From Thermoanaerobaculia bacterium (lineage in GTDB: Bacteria; Acidobacteriota; Thermoanaerobaculia; Multivoradales; Multivoraceae), in assembly GCA_963664405.1 (NCBI GenBank), contig OY761158.1, forward strand, positions 1 to 64,000: a stretch of DNA of 64,000 nt, written 5' to 3'. A model generated the notes under the pieces. That model had not been told where the DNA came from. It saw only the letters and a program-made list of their open reading frames with translations, and searched no databases. Both the position numbers and the translations under genes were made by a program. Positions 21,543-32,005 of this stretch are shown here, one piece after another; the stretch's first letter is position 1; each line of letters opens with the position of its first letter.

Positions 21543-24248
21543 TCATTCGAGCAGCTCGGGCCAGTTGAGCACCACGATCAACGGTTCGACCTCCGGCGCT
21601 GTATCGACGTGCTGCGCCATCAAGAAGCGCTGGCCGTCCGCGGAAACGTCGTAGCCGCCAAACATTGCGAAGCCCCCAGAGAAGACTCCACGAAACAACT
21701 CCCGATGTCTGCCCAGCTGCACTGGATCGAGGGAAACCACCTCCGCGGTCATCATTCGCTCTCCAGAACGAAAGAAGATCTCGCTTCCGTCGCGAGACCA
21801 CACGGGGCTCTCGCCGCCTTCGTGAGAGAGCTGCTGTTTGCCTCCCGGACCGGGGTAAGGCTGGACGTAGATCTCATAGCGGCCTGACTCGTCCGATTGA
21901 TAGACGACCGAGCGGCTATCGGGGGAGAAGGTGGCGTTTGTCTCCAGGGCATCGGTAGCAACGAAGGGGTGGGCCGCTCGATCCTCATCGAGCGACAGAG
22001 CCCAGATGTCTTGGTCGCCGCCGGCATCCAGTGACCAGAAGAGGAGCACCCGGCCGTTGGGCGACCAATCGAGGGGAACGTGAATTGCCTCCTGGCTCCG
22101 GCTGAGTCCTTCAGAGTCACCGCCACCGTCCGCTACTTTCCACAAGACGTTCGGCGGCAGACCGCCTCGTGGTGAGGCCCAGGTCACGCGCACTCCGTCG
22201 GGGGTCCAGATAGGAAAACGGTTGTAGGACTCGAAGGTGAAACGCTGCAGGTTCTGCTCCTCGATGTCGTAGAGGTAGACATGTTGTGGCACGGCGTCGA
22301 CGCCCACGACGACCGACTGCTCGTCCGGCGACAGCCGAGGATGATAGTAGCGCTGGGGCGGAGCAGGCAGCGGCTCGACGTTTCCCTCGCGATCGACCCA
22401 GACCAGTCGCAGCGTGGGAGTGCGTAGCGTACCCGGAGCGTAGACGAGGGAGCCGCGGGCTGATAGGGCGAAGTGGGCCAAACCGGTCGGGCCGCTCTGG
22501 GCCACACCTTGGAGCAGAGTCACAGAGGAGCCGGTCACCTCGAGACTCATTGGGTCGAAAGGAACCGCCCACAGACGACCGCCACGGGCATAGACGATAT
22601 GTCCGGTGGAAGAGTAGCGCGCGTGCGTACCGCCTTCGATCACGATGTGGCGCTTGCCGGTGTCTACAGAATGGACCGCGATGGCAGCCTCATCCCAGTT
22701 CCCGGAGCGTCCCACTGTCAGGAGGATCGCCTTGCCACCGGGCAGAAACTGGGGCCACCGGTGGCTGATCTCGCCCGCTTCCCGATCGAGAACCGTCAAG
22801 ACCTCCGGCTTCCCTCCTCGAGCCGAGACGATGGAAAGGCCGGTTACGTCGATGACGGGAAAGACGATCGTGTCGTCGGGCCCCCAGGAAGCCCCGTACG
22901 CGCCCGCGGAGTAGCTGCCCGCAGAGCCAAGGCTCAGCGGCGTCCCTCCTGCGATCGGTAGCTTTTTCAGCTTCCACCGCTGGAAGAAGCCGATCCACTG
23001 ACCGTCGGGAGAAAAGAAAGGTGTTCCGGCGTCTTCTGTTCCGGGGAGCTCGCGGCCGTGAGCCTCGTCGAGCGCGCGCAGGTGGAGGCGGCGGATCCCG
23101 TCCTTGGACTTCGCCACAAAGGCGATCTGCCGGCCGTCGGATGAGAACGCGATGGAGGGTCGATCGGCGTGGTCCAACGCGATCCCCAGACCGGGGTCGA
23201 GCACCTCGTCCAGCGAGAACTGGATCACCGGCGAGCTCTCCACAACCGTCGTGGTCGTCGAGAACAGCCATCCGAAATAAGCGCCAACGACCAGCGCGAG
23301 GCCGGCCGTTATCGGGAGCCAACCTGAGAGCCTGCGTATCTGCGGTCCTGCCCCCGCCTCCATCACAGACGGCGGTCCCTCGGAGCCGCTGAGCGTCTCC
23401 TCAATCTCGATCCGTGCGTCTGCAATAGCGTGCAGGCGCTTCCGAGGATCCTTGTGCAGACAACGGCGAAGCAGCTCGCGGATACGCCACGGAGTCGCAC
23501 CAGGGAGCTCGGCCCATTCGATGTCCCGCTCGATGACGGCCGCCAGGACATCGCTCAGCGTGTTCCCTGAGAAGGCGGGGCGGCCAGCCAGCATCTCGTA
23601 GAGGATCGCGCCAAAGGCCCAGATATCTGTGCGCTTGTCGAGCGTTCCGCCGCGCGCCTGCTCCGGGCTCATGTAGGCGGCTGTACCCAGGATCACGCCT
23701 CCTTGGGTGCCTGCCAAGGTCAGCGTAGGTGACTGCGACATGGCAGGATCACTACCCTCGAGCTCTGGAGCCATAGCCTTCGCCAGACCGAAGTCGAGAA
23801 TCTTAACGTTGCCGTCGTCGGTGACCTTGATGTTCGCGGGTTTGAGATCCCGGTGGATCACTCCCTTCTCGTGGGCTGCCTCGAGGCCCTCGGCGATTTG
23901 GAGAAACAGAGGGATCGCCTCCTCGACGGGAATCGGGCCGTGAGCGATCCGATCGGCCAGAGTCTCGCCTTCAACCAGCTCCATGACCAGGAAGCTGGTA
24001 TCCCCTTCCTTCTCGAAGCCGTAGAGCGTGGCTATGTTGTTGTGGTTCAACGAGGCCAGGACCCGCGCCTCGCGCTCGAAGCGAGCCAGACGTTCTGGAT
24101 CGGTGGAGACCTCTTCGAGGAGGAGCTTGATCGCCACCTCGCGCCCGAGCTTCGTGTCCATGGCTCGATACACTTCTCCCATGCCTCCCGCACCAAGCGA
24201 GGAGACCACTTCGTAGTGGCCGAGCGTCGAACCAGCTTCCAGCGCCAT
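21543..24248 (-). CDS. Ser/Thr kinase-TM-TolB-like propeller protein
   Basis: Full set of kinase motifs, TM segment, PD40-like repeats. Confidence 0.95.
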   Translation of the reverse strand: MALEAGSTLGHYEVVSSLGAGGMGEVYRAMDTKLGREVAIKLLLEEVSTDPERLARFEREARVLASLNHNNIATLYGFEKEGDTSFLVMELVEGETLADRIAHGPIPVEEAIPLFLQIAEGLEAAHEKGVIHRDLKPANIKVTDDGNVKILDFGLAKAMAPELEGSDPAMSQSPTLTLAGTQGGVILGTAAYMSPEQARGGTLDKRTDIWAFGAILYEMLAGRPAFSGNTLSDVLAAVIERDIEWAELPGATPWRIRELLRRCLHKDPRKRLHAIADARIEIEETLSGSEGPPSVMEAGAGPQIRRLSGWLPITAGLALVVGAYFGWLFSTTTTVVESSPVIQFSLDEVLDPGLGIALDHADRPSIAFSSDGRQIAFVAKSKDGIRRLHLRALDEAHGRELPGTEDAGTPFFSPDGQWIGFFQRWKLKKLPIAGGTPLSLGSAGSYSAGAYGASWGPDDTIVFPVIDVTGLSIVSARGGKPEVLTVLDREAGEISHRWPQFLPGGKAILLTVGRSGNWDEAAIAVHSVDTGKRHIVIEGGTHARYSSTGHIVYARGGRLWAVPFDPMSLEVTGSSVTLLQGVAQSGPTGLAHFALSARGSLVYAPGTLRTPTLRLVWVDREGNVEPLPAPPQRYYHPRLSPDEQSVVVGVDAVPQHVYLYDIEEQNLQRFTFESYNRFPIWTPDGVRVTWASPRGGLPPNVLWKVADGGGDSEGLSRSQEAIHVPLDWSPNGRVLLFWSLDAGGDQDIWALSLDEDRAAHPFVATDALETNATFSPDSRSVVYQSDESGRYEIYVQPYPGPGGKQQLSHEGGESPVWSRDGSEIFFRSGERMMTAEVVSLDPVQLGRHRELFRGVFSGGFAMFGGYDVSADGQRFLMAQHVDTAPEVEPLIVVLNWPELLE

Positions 24249-24309
24249 TAGATGGGCGGGATCTTATCTCTCACTGACCGGAGTCAGCTGGCAGGAGTCG
24301 CTTTCGCCG

Positions 24310-24336
24310 TGTCGTCCTCCGCCGAATAAGACGACA
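24310..24336 (+). repeat. Dyad site, type B
   Basis: TGTCG tcctc CGCC gaataaga CGACA; 4 bp from the kinase stop. Confidence 0.9.
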
Positions 24337-24340
24337 CGCC

Positions 24341-27030
24341 TCAGCTCGTGGGAACGATTCGTTTCAGCTCTTCGGACCAATTGAGTACGACTTGAATTTC
24401 GGCCAGCTCCGCGAGTTGTCGGGTCAGCATCACGAACGATCCGTCAGGAGCTACGTCGTACCATTCGTCGTAGGTCCCTTCGAACAGTAGCTTCGGAGCG
24501 CCTGGCTGAAAGGCGGGCTCGACTTCGACATCGACGGCCATCATGGTCGATCCGTTGAGGTAGAAGAGCTCGTCTCCGTCAGGTGACCAGCGCGGCCAGC
24601 GTCCGCCCTCGCTCGAGACGGTCGTGCGACCTTCTTCGCTAGCGATGGCTTCGACATAAATCTCATACCGGCCGGAATCGTTGGAGCTATACGCTAGGTA
24701 GCGCCCGTCCGGAGAGATCGCGGGGTCTTGCTCACTGGCGGGAGTCGATCGGAATGGAACTGCCTTCGGATCGTCCTTCAGCGACAAGAGGTGTATGTCG
24801 GATCCGCTCGCCGTGTTTCGTTCCACGAAAGCCAGAGTCTGACCATCACGAGAGACGGAAGTCGGGGTCTGACCGAACGGAACGGTGAGGAGAGGTACGT
24901 GCGGGCCGCTTCCGTCAGCAGGAGTCTCGTAGAGGTCAAAGGAGCCCGACTTGTACGAAGCAAAGAAGACCCGCCGGCCATCCGCTCCCCAGACGGGGAA
25001 GATGTCACTAGTCTCTGCGAACGACAGGCGCGTTCGGGTGCCCCGAGTGAGGTCGTGAACCCAGATCTTCCCGTTGCCGGTCACGCCGTTGGTCACCGCC
25101 AGCCGAGTGCCCTCTGGTGAGATGGAGACGCCGTAGCCGAAGACCCCCGTCTCGGTAACCAATGGCGAGACATTGCCGTCTCGATCGACTGAGACGATCG
25201 TGTTTTGAGGAGTCCAAGGTCCGCCGGGCACGTACGTCAGCGTTCCCCCGGGAGCGCCCGCGAAGTACGCGATCTGATGACCGGCCATAGACTTCGTCAG
25301 CACGCCATCGAGAACGAGCTTTGGCTCACCGCTGAGCGACAGCTCTTTCAAATCAAACGGAACCGCATACACAGCCCCTTTTCGGAGAAAGACCAGGTGG
25401 CCCGAGTCGAGGTACTGCGCCTGCGTGGCATCTTGTGTTCCCTCGATGAGGTGCCAGTCCGCCGAGGCCAGTGACAGCCAGGCCAAGTTCGAACTCTCTG
25501 CGGTCACGGCTGTAAACAGCACGTGTTCTTGATTCGGGAGCAGGGACGGCCAGGCATGATACTCCTCTCCTCGATCGACGTTGGTACGGGTAATCTCCTC
25601 TGGCGTGCCTCCATCAGCACCGAGACGAAGAAGTCCCCTATTAACGCCCCCCAAAATGATCGTGTCGTCGGGCGACCAGCACGCGCCACGGGCCCCGAGC
25701 CGGATATCGGCAAGCGTAATCGGCGCTCCTCCTCCCGTCGGTACCTTGTAGAGGCTGTCGTTGGCCCAGAATCCGACCCAGTCCCCGACGGGAGAGAAGA
25801 ACGGTAGCTCTGCGTTCTCCGTTCCCGGTAGCTCCCGCACTTCGAATCCTCCAAGAGCACGAAGGTACAACTGTGGAGTCCCCGCCTCGTTCGTAGCGGC
25901 ATAAACCAGTCGCCTTCCATCCGAAGAGACGGCGATCGGCGGATAGCGGCCCGGCTCTTGCGAGTGAGGTTCCACGAGGTACTGGCCAGCTGCTAGATTG
26001 ATCGAGAAGCGAGTCGCCTCAGGGGCCGCCCGACCCCTCGGATTCACAGAGATCCAGACGGCAAGTGCCGACACCGCAGCCGAAGCGATAGCGACCAGAA
26101 GAAATACCACTAGCGGCGTACGCCGCGGCGGTTCCGCGCCTTGTCCGTCATCCTCGGCTTCAGGATTCGTCAGAGCTTCGCCGAGCTCGATCCGGACATC
26201 ACCTACGTGCTGCACTCGCCGGCGCTTGTCCTTCTCGAGGCAGCGGCGAAGGAGCCGACGCAAGGCGACCGGCGTTGTGGGAGGCAAGGCCTCGAAGTCC
26301 GGTGCGCTCTCCAGTACCTTGGCGAGGGTCTCGGCAGCACCCTCCCCCTGAAAGACACGGCGCCCGGTCAGCGCTTCGTAGAGGCAGACAGCCAGGGCCC
26401 ATATGTCCGCCCTCTTGTCGACGGCCTTTCCTTTCGCCTGCTCCGGGGCCATGTAGGCGGCTGTGCCGAGAATCTGGCCCCGTTGAGTCGCTGCGAGAGT
26501 GAGGGTCGGAGATTCGGACAAGTCGCCGTCTCCGCTCGCACTAGCTTCCACAGCCATCGCCTTGGCCAGCCCGAAATCGAGGATCTTCACCTGGCCGTCG
26601 TCGGTTACCTTGATGTTCGCAGGCTTCAGATCCCGGTGGATCACGCCCTTTTCGTGGGCTGCCTCTAGACCTTCCGCGATCTGCAAGAAAACGGGCAAGG
26701 CTTCATCGACTGGGATCGCACCTCTCTTGATGCGATCGGCCAGGGTCTCGCCCTCGACCAGTTCCATGACCAGGAAGCCCGTGTCACCCTCTCGCTCGAA
26801 GGCGTGGAGGCTGGCGATGTTCTTGTGGTTGAGCGAGGCCAGAACCCGCGCCTCGCGCTCGAAGCGAGCTAGACGCTCAGGATCTGAGGACATCTCCTCC
26901 AGAAGCAACTTGATCGCAACCTCGCGACCTAGCTTCGTGTCCTTGGCCCGGTAGACCTCTCCCATACCCCCCGCACGAGGGAGGAGACCACTTCGTAGTG
27001 GCCGAGACGAGTGCCTGTCTCCAGCGCCAT
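24341..27030 (-). CDS. Ser/Thr kinase-TM-TolB-like propeller protein with a 1-nt deletion near 26976
   Basis: True start [18 protein letters not shown] at 27030; CTC G-T GCG lacks one G relative to paralogs. Confidence 0.85.
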
Positions 27031-27031
27031 G

Positions 27032-28105
27032 ATGTGGACGGAAGTCTACCGCGAGCCAGGATCCGATCAGGGCAAGTCCTCTGATACGTTGGCGAGTACC
27101 TTGGTTCTCCTGAGACAAGAAGACTCCAAGCTGGTCGTCATCGGCGACCTGCACGGAGCTTTCGAAGCCCTGCAGGCGATCCTTCGAGGCGTGGGGCTCG
27201 TCGACGGCAGGCAGCGCTGGGTCGGGGGCACTTCACACCTCGTGCAGATAGGAGACCTGTTCAACAGGTTCGACGGGGGGCGTGCGTGCTTCGAGCATCT
27301 TCTAGGGCTCCGAGAGGAAGCCCGGCGATGTGGGGGTGAGGTGACCCTCCTCCTCGGCAATCACGAAGTCCTGATCGCCGAGGGCAACGAGGCCTATTGC
27401 ACGGCGGGCGAGTATCTCTCCTTCGCGACTTCACGCGAACGCGCTGCTTGGCCTCGACGGGTGAGTCGGGCCTGGTCCCGCTTCTTCCAGAGAGCCACCC
27501 CTCACAAAATCATCCCACCTCTGTCGCCGCGACTCGAAGCCTGGATGGCAGAGAATGCGCCAGGAAAGGAGGAGCTTCGGCGGGCCTTCGGTCCGCGGGG
27601 TCGCATTGGGCGTGAGCTCCGCCGGTTCCCGATCGCCGTTCGCGTCGGAGAGGTCGCCGTTGTTCATGCCGGCTTGCCAGCGCGTTGGGCGCGACGAGGG
27701 GTGGCGGGATTGAACCGGAGCGCGGTGGCGGGGTGGGCTGCTCTCGATGGCAAGGATCTGAGCGGCTTCCGCAGGTCTGCACTCGGGGACCCGAAGGGAC
27801 CGTTGTGGAATCGACGCCTGGCGACCAGCAACGGCAGGGCAGTGGCGAAATCCCTCGAGGCCACTCTGTCTCATCTGGGGGCTAAGCGACTCGTGATTGG
27901 GCACACGCCGACGCGCCAGCTACACCAGGGTGAGCCGGGCAAGATCGTCATGCGCTTCAAGAACCGTCTGGCCTGTACCGACGTCGGACTGAGAGACGGA
28001 GACCCTGCCACTTGGGCGGCTCTGGTAGTGGATCGCTCTCGAGGCTGCGAATGGAAGCCGTCGGGTACTAGAACTCTTTGGCGCAGCCGCCATCGCTTGG
28101 ACTAG
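27032..28105 (+). CDS. Calcineurin-like metallophosphoesterase (Shewanella-like PPP phosphatase type); start uncertain, possibly TTG near 27089
   Basis: GDLHG, GDLFNR, GNHE, HAG, GPLWNR, IGHTP, DVG motifs. Confidence 0.85.
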   Translation: MWTEVYREPGSDQGKSSDTLASTLVLLRQEDSKLVVIGDLHGAFEALQAILRGVGLVDGRQRWVGGTSHLVQIGDLFNRFDGGRACFEHLLGLREEARRCGGEVTLLLGNHEVLIAEGNEAYCTAGEYLSFATSRERAAWPRRVSRAWSRFFQRATPHKIIPPLSPRLEAWMAENAPGKEELRRAFGPRGRIGRELRRFPIAVRVGEVAVVHAGLPARWARRGVAGLNRSAVAGWAALDGKDLSGFRRSALGDPKGPLWNRRLATSNGRAVAKSLEATLSHLGAKRLVIGHTPTRQLHQGEPGKIVMRFKNRLACTDVGLRDGDPATWAALVVDRSRGCEWKPSGTRTLWRSRHRLD

Positions 28106-28160
28106 CACTCTTGGCCACTTGTGGGCGTGCAGCGGAGATCCTATTTTGGGACTCCGAGGC

Positions 28161-28187
28161 TGTCGTCCTTCGCCACCAAATGCGACA
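28161..28187 (+). repeat. Dyad site, type B
   Basis: TGTCG tcctt CGCC accaaatg CGACA; 30 bp from the kinase stop. Confidence 0.9.
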
Positions 28188-28217
28188 GTCTCGTCCGACT
28201 TGCGCCGCGCCGGCTCT

Positions 28218-31200
28218 TCAGACCCTGGCAAGCAGATCTTCCGTGAGGCCGACGTGTCTGGGCATCCCGATCTGCTCGTAAATGGTGCGCGCCTCTTCCA
28301 GGAGCCGATGCGCCCGAGCCGTGTCGTCGGGGGCGCCGCGTTCGAGGAGCATATCCGCGTACCAACGACGGGCGTCCGCCTGCTCACACTTGAAAGGGAT
28401 TCTTTCGGCTTGCTCAAGAGCCTCCCGGAAGTGCCCTTCAGCGCGGTCCCAATCGCGCAGGCAGGAGGCCCCGATGCCGGCAGTCGTCTGCAGGAGCCGC
28501 GGAACGTAAGGCGGGATGAGCGTGCCGGTATCGATGGCTCTCTCGAGCATCGAGTAGAGCTCAGCGGCCCGGTCTCGCTCTCCCAGGATGGCGAGCGCCT
28601 CTGTAGCGCCCAGTAGCACGCACCAGGCGCCGTTGGCGTTCGGGCCGGAGCCTCGAGGAAGGGCGTCTTCCGAGTCATAGAGGGCGAGCACCTCGCTTCG
28701 TCGACCGAGATAGCCGGAGACGAGGAGCAACGAGGACGTGGTGACGCCGTAGAGCGCCCCGACCGGCTCTCCTATCACGGCTTCAGCCAGAAGCTCGTAC
28801 GCAGTCTCCCAGTCGCCTCTCCAGAACGCAGCCAAACCACGCCACCCTCGCGCGAACAGATGCCAAGGCATGTCAGGGAGACCGAATGCTTCCTCGATAA
28901 GCCCGTCGAAGCGATCGATATCGGCGCTCTGCATCCACGCCGACTGAGCTCGAACCATCAGGAATATGTAGTGGTCCCCGTGACTTCCGAGTCGCAGCGC
29001 TGCCTCTTCGAACTCTGACGTGTCCACGTTCGAGCAGCCCATGGCGAGTTTGCCGAACGCGAGGTAGGCACGGGCGTCAATCAGGCTCCTAGGATCGTTG
29101 GTGCCTTTCAGAATCTCGATCGCTTGCTCGCTGTTCGACACCAATTGGGGCATGCGCATCGAGTGCCAATAAATGTATGAACTCATCAGCCTGGCGTGGC
29201 CGAGCAGAGCAGGATCTCCCAGACTCTCAGCCATCGGGATCGCCTCGGCAATCAGCGCATCCCCTTCTTCGAACTGCCGATCGAACGCCAACGCCATCCC
29301 CGCCATGGCCAGGAGGCGGCAGCGCTCCGGCCCCTGCGCTTCGCCCACCAGTCTCAGGCCGCGCTGAGACTCCTCCACCATCTCGGCCGGCTCGGCTTGC
29401 CAGCCGAGTTGAAGTGAGAGATCCCAGGAGATGCGTGCGACGGTCGCCGGATCCGCGCCCTGCTCGCACAATGTCAGAGCCTGTTTCCAATCCGCCAGAG
29501 CCTCCGCAAACAAGCCGAGGCTTTTTCTCGCCCGACCGCGCTTCCAGAGCAGGTCGATCTGCTGTGCACGTTCGGCAGCTCGCAACGACAGGGCAAGGTC
29601 TAACTGCTCCACAGCCTGCTCGAAGCCGCCGGCCGCCAGGGCCTGGTCGGCCGCGAGAGTGAAGAAGTGAAGGGCCCGATCCTCTTCGATCATCGCGCCC
29701 GCCTGATAGAGGTGGTGAGCCATCGCTGCGGCATGCTCGTCGAGAGCTCCGGCGTAGAGAGCCTCCATCGCTTCTGCGACCTGATGGTGGATCTGCTGGC
29801 GGCGAGGCATTGACAGCCCCTGGAGAAGAGTCTGTCGGATCAGCTCGTGCCCAAACTGGTAGCGGGCTTCCCGCGGCGAGGCACTCTTCGTGCGCTCGAT
29901 CAGATGCAGCGCCTCGGCGGCCTCGATGTCCTCCAACAGAAGGTCGGGCTCCGCCTCACAAGCGGCACTCACGAGGCTGTAGGAGAAACTGCGTCCGATC
30001 ACCGCAGCCGTCGCCAGGATCCGGCGACCGTCCTCGGGGAGTCGCTCCAGACGGCGACCGACGACCAGTCGGACTCCCTCGGGGACCTCGAGATCCTCGA
30101 GCGTCAGGCCGTCTCGCCATTGACCCTGGTCGTCGAACAGTCGACCCTCCTCGTCGAGGTGCTCGTACACCTCTTCTACGAAGAAAGGGTTGCCCTCCGT
30201 CTCACCGTGAATGGCAGCGACCAGGTCAGCCGGCGGCTCTCGGGAGCTGAGTGCCGCGAGCATCTCGGACACCGCAGAGAAGGATAGGCGCCCGAGCGAG
30301 ATGCGCTCCACCAGACGCTCGCGCACCAGCTCTCGTAGGCTACTTGCAAGAGGACGCGCGACATCGAGCTCGACATCGCGATACGTGGCGACGATCAGGA
30401 GCGGAAACTGCGCGACTCGTTGAGCCAGATGCTGCAGCAAGAGGAGTGTCGGCTCGTCCGCCCAGTGCAGATCTTCGAGCACCAGGAGCAGCGGTTGAAG
30501 CTCACTCGAGCGCTCGATGAAGTCGCGAAAACAGTCGAAGAGGTAGCCGCGCTCGGCTTCCGGCGGTAGCTCCAACGGCGGCGGCAGGTCGGGGTAGAGG
30601 CGTCTGAGTCCCGGATAGATCTTGGCGATCTCGGAGGCTTCGTCTCCAAGAAGACTGCGTAGTGTTTCCTTGGGAGCCACCCTCGCCGTTGCGTCGAGGA
30701 TCTCGACCCAGGGGCTGAAAGGCCGCACTCCTTCGCCCTCGTAGCAGTTTCCCACCAGAGCCAGGAAGCCCCGCTCGCGGGCCTGCGAGATCGTCTCCCT
30801 CGCGAGCCGCGTCTTCCCGACGCCCGGCTCCCCAGCCAGGGTCACGAGCGCCCCCTGACCGTTCGAGGCCCGCTCCAGTGCCTGGCGTAGCTGCTCCGCT
30901 TCGGACTGCCGGCCCACCATCGGTGTGCGGTACACCGTCGCCGCGGATACCGACGTGGGAATCCGCGCCAACTCGACGCCCCCTGCCGGTGAGCCGTCGC
31001 GAAGCTCCATCAAAGCCTCCAGAAGATCGCTTGCCGACGGGAAGCGCTTCCTCGGGTCCTTCTCGAGACAGCGAGCCAGAATTGGGTCGAGCTCTACCGG
31101 TAGCAGTGTCCCGACAGCGCTCGCCGCTCGCGGAGTGTCGCGAAGGATCGCCGACGCCAAGTCGATGTCGCTGTCGCCCCGGAAGGGGTGCCGTCCTGTC

Positions 31201-31844
31201 GCCATCTCGTAGAGCAGGACGCCCAGGGAGAAAACGTCCGAAGTGGCTTGCACCTGCAGGCCTCGTAGCTGCTCGGGGGACATGTAGGGCACGGTGCCCA
31301 TGACTTTGCCGACCTCGGTCATGCCGGCGGTCGTCGCCTCCGTGCTCGCCGAGTGAGAGCTCGGTGCGACCTCCTTGGCAAGACCGAAATCGAGCACTTT
31401 GACCCATCCAGACTCATTGATCATGACGTTGGCCGGTTTGAGGTCGCGGTGGGTGACGCCCTGCTGATGTGCCGCGGCAAGCGCCTCGACGATCGGAACG
31501 GCAGTCTCGACGAAAGCGTCGGCATCGAAAGGACCTCGACGCAGAGCAGCCTCCAGAGTCCGTCCCTCGATCAGCTCCATCACAAAAAAGCGCAGCTCGC
31601 CTTCGCCCTCGACCGCATGGATCGTGACGATGTGGGGATGGTTGAGCGAAGCCAGCACTCTGGCCTCGCGCTCGAAACGGGCCAGCCGATCAGGATTACG
31701 GACCATCGCCTCGGGCAGAACCTTGATGGCGACTTCTCGACCCAGGTTGGCATCGCGAGCGCGGTACACCTCTCCCATGCCCCCCGCACCGAGCGAGGAG
31801 ACCACTTCGTAGTGGCCGAGGCGAGTGCCAGCTTCTAGCGCCAT
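28218..31844 (-). CDS. Ser/Thr kinase fused to a STAND-like AAA ATPase and TPR-like helical C-terminus
   Basis: [12 protein letters not shown] start at 31844; kinase motifs; GEPGVGKT Walker [12 protein letters not shown] Walker [11 protein letters not shown]. Confidence 0.9.
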   Translation of the reverse strand: MALEAGTRLGHYEVVSSLGAGGMGEVYRARDANLGREVAIKVLPEAMVRNPDRLARFEREARVLASLNHPHIVTIHAVEGEGELRFFVMELIEGRTLEAALRRGPFDADAFVETAVPIVEALAAAHQQGVTHRDLKPANVMINESGWVKVLDFGLAKEVAPSSHSASTEATTAGMTEVGKVMGTVPYMSPEQLRGLQVQATSDVFSLGVLLYEMATGRHPFRGDSDIDLASAILRDTPRAASAVGTLLPVELDPILARCLEKDPRKRFPSASDLLEALMELRDGSPAGGVELARIPTSVSAATVYRTPMVGRQSEAEQLRQALERASNGQGALVTLAGEPGVGKTRLARETISQARERGFLALVGNCYEGEGVRPFSPWVEILDATARVAPKETLRSLLGDEASEIAKIYPGLRRLYPDLPPPLELPPEAERGYLFDCFRDFIERSSELQPLLLVLEDLHWADEPTLLLLQHLAQRVAQFPLLIVATYRDVELDVARPLASSLRELVRERLVERISLGRLSFSAVSEMLAALSSREPPADLVAAIHGETEGNPFFVEEVYEHLDEEGRLFDDQGQWRDGLTLEDLEVPEGVRLVVGRRLERLPEDGRRILATAAVIGRSFSYSLVSAACEAEPDLLLEDIEAAEALHLIERTKSASPREARYQFGHELIRQTLLQGLSMPRRQQIHHQVAEAMEALYAGALDEHAAAMAHHLYQAGAMIEEDRALHFFTLAADQALAAGGFEQAVEQLDLALSLRAAERAQQIDLLWKRGRARKSLGLFAEALADWKQALTLCEQGADPATVARISWDLSLQLGWQAEPAEMVEESQRGLRLVGEAQGPERCRLLAMAGMALAFDRQFEEGDALIAEAIPMAESLGDPALLGHARLMSSYIYWHSMRMPQLVSNSEQAIEILKGTNDPRSLIDARAYLAFGKLAMGCSNVDTSEFEEAALRLGSHGDHYIFLMVRAQSAWMQSADIDRFDGLIEEAFGLPDMPWHLFARGWRGLAAFWRGDWETAYELLAEAVIGEPVGALYGVTTSSLLLVSGYLGRRSEVLALYDSEDALPRGSGPNANGAWCVLLGATEALAILGERDRAAELYSMLERAIDTGTLIPPYVPRLLQTTAGIGASCLRDWDRAEGHFREALEQAERIPFKCEQADARRWYADMLLERGAPDDTARAHRLLEEARTIYEQIGMPRHVGLTEDLLARV

Positions 31845-31902
31845 GACTTGGCGACATCTTACAGTCGCCCGTGGGATCAGCGGCTCAGAGCTCGATCTGT
31901 GC

Positions 31903-31929
31903 TGTCGCACCTCACCCTGAACTGCGACA
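31903..31929 (+). repeat. Dyad site, type A
   Basis: TGTCG cacct CACC ctgaactg CGACA. Confidence 0.9.
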
Positions 31930-31968
31930 GCGCCTTCATTTCGGGGTCTATCGCCTTTCGGCTATACC

Positions 31969-31995
31969 TGTCGCAGTGCGCCACCAAAGGCGACA
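31969..31995 (+). repeat. Dyad site, type B
   Basis: TGTCG cagtg CGCC accaaagg CGACA; 39 bp from site A, 10 bp from the kinase stop. Confidence 0.9.
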
Positions 31996-32005
31996 AGGCC
32001 CGCGC

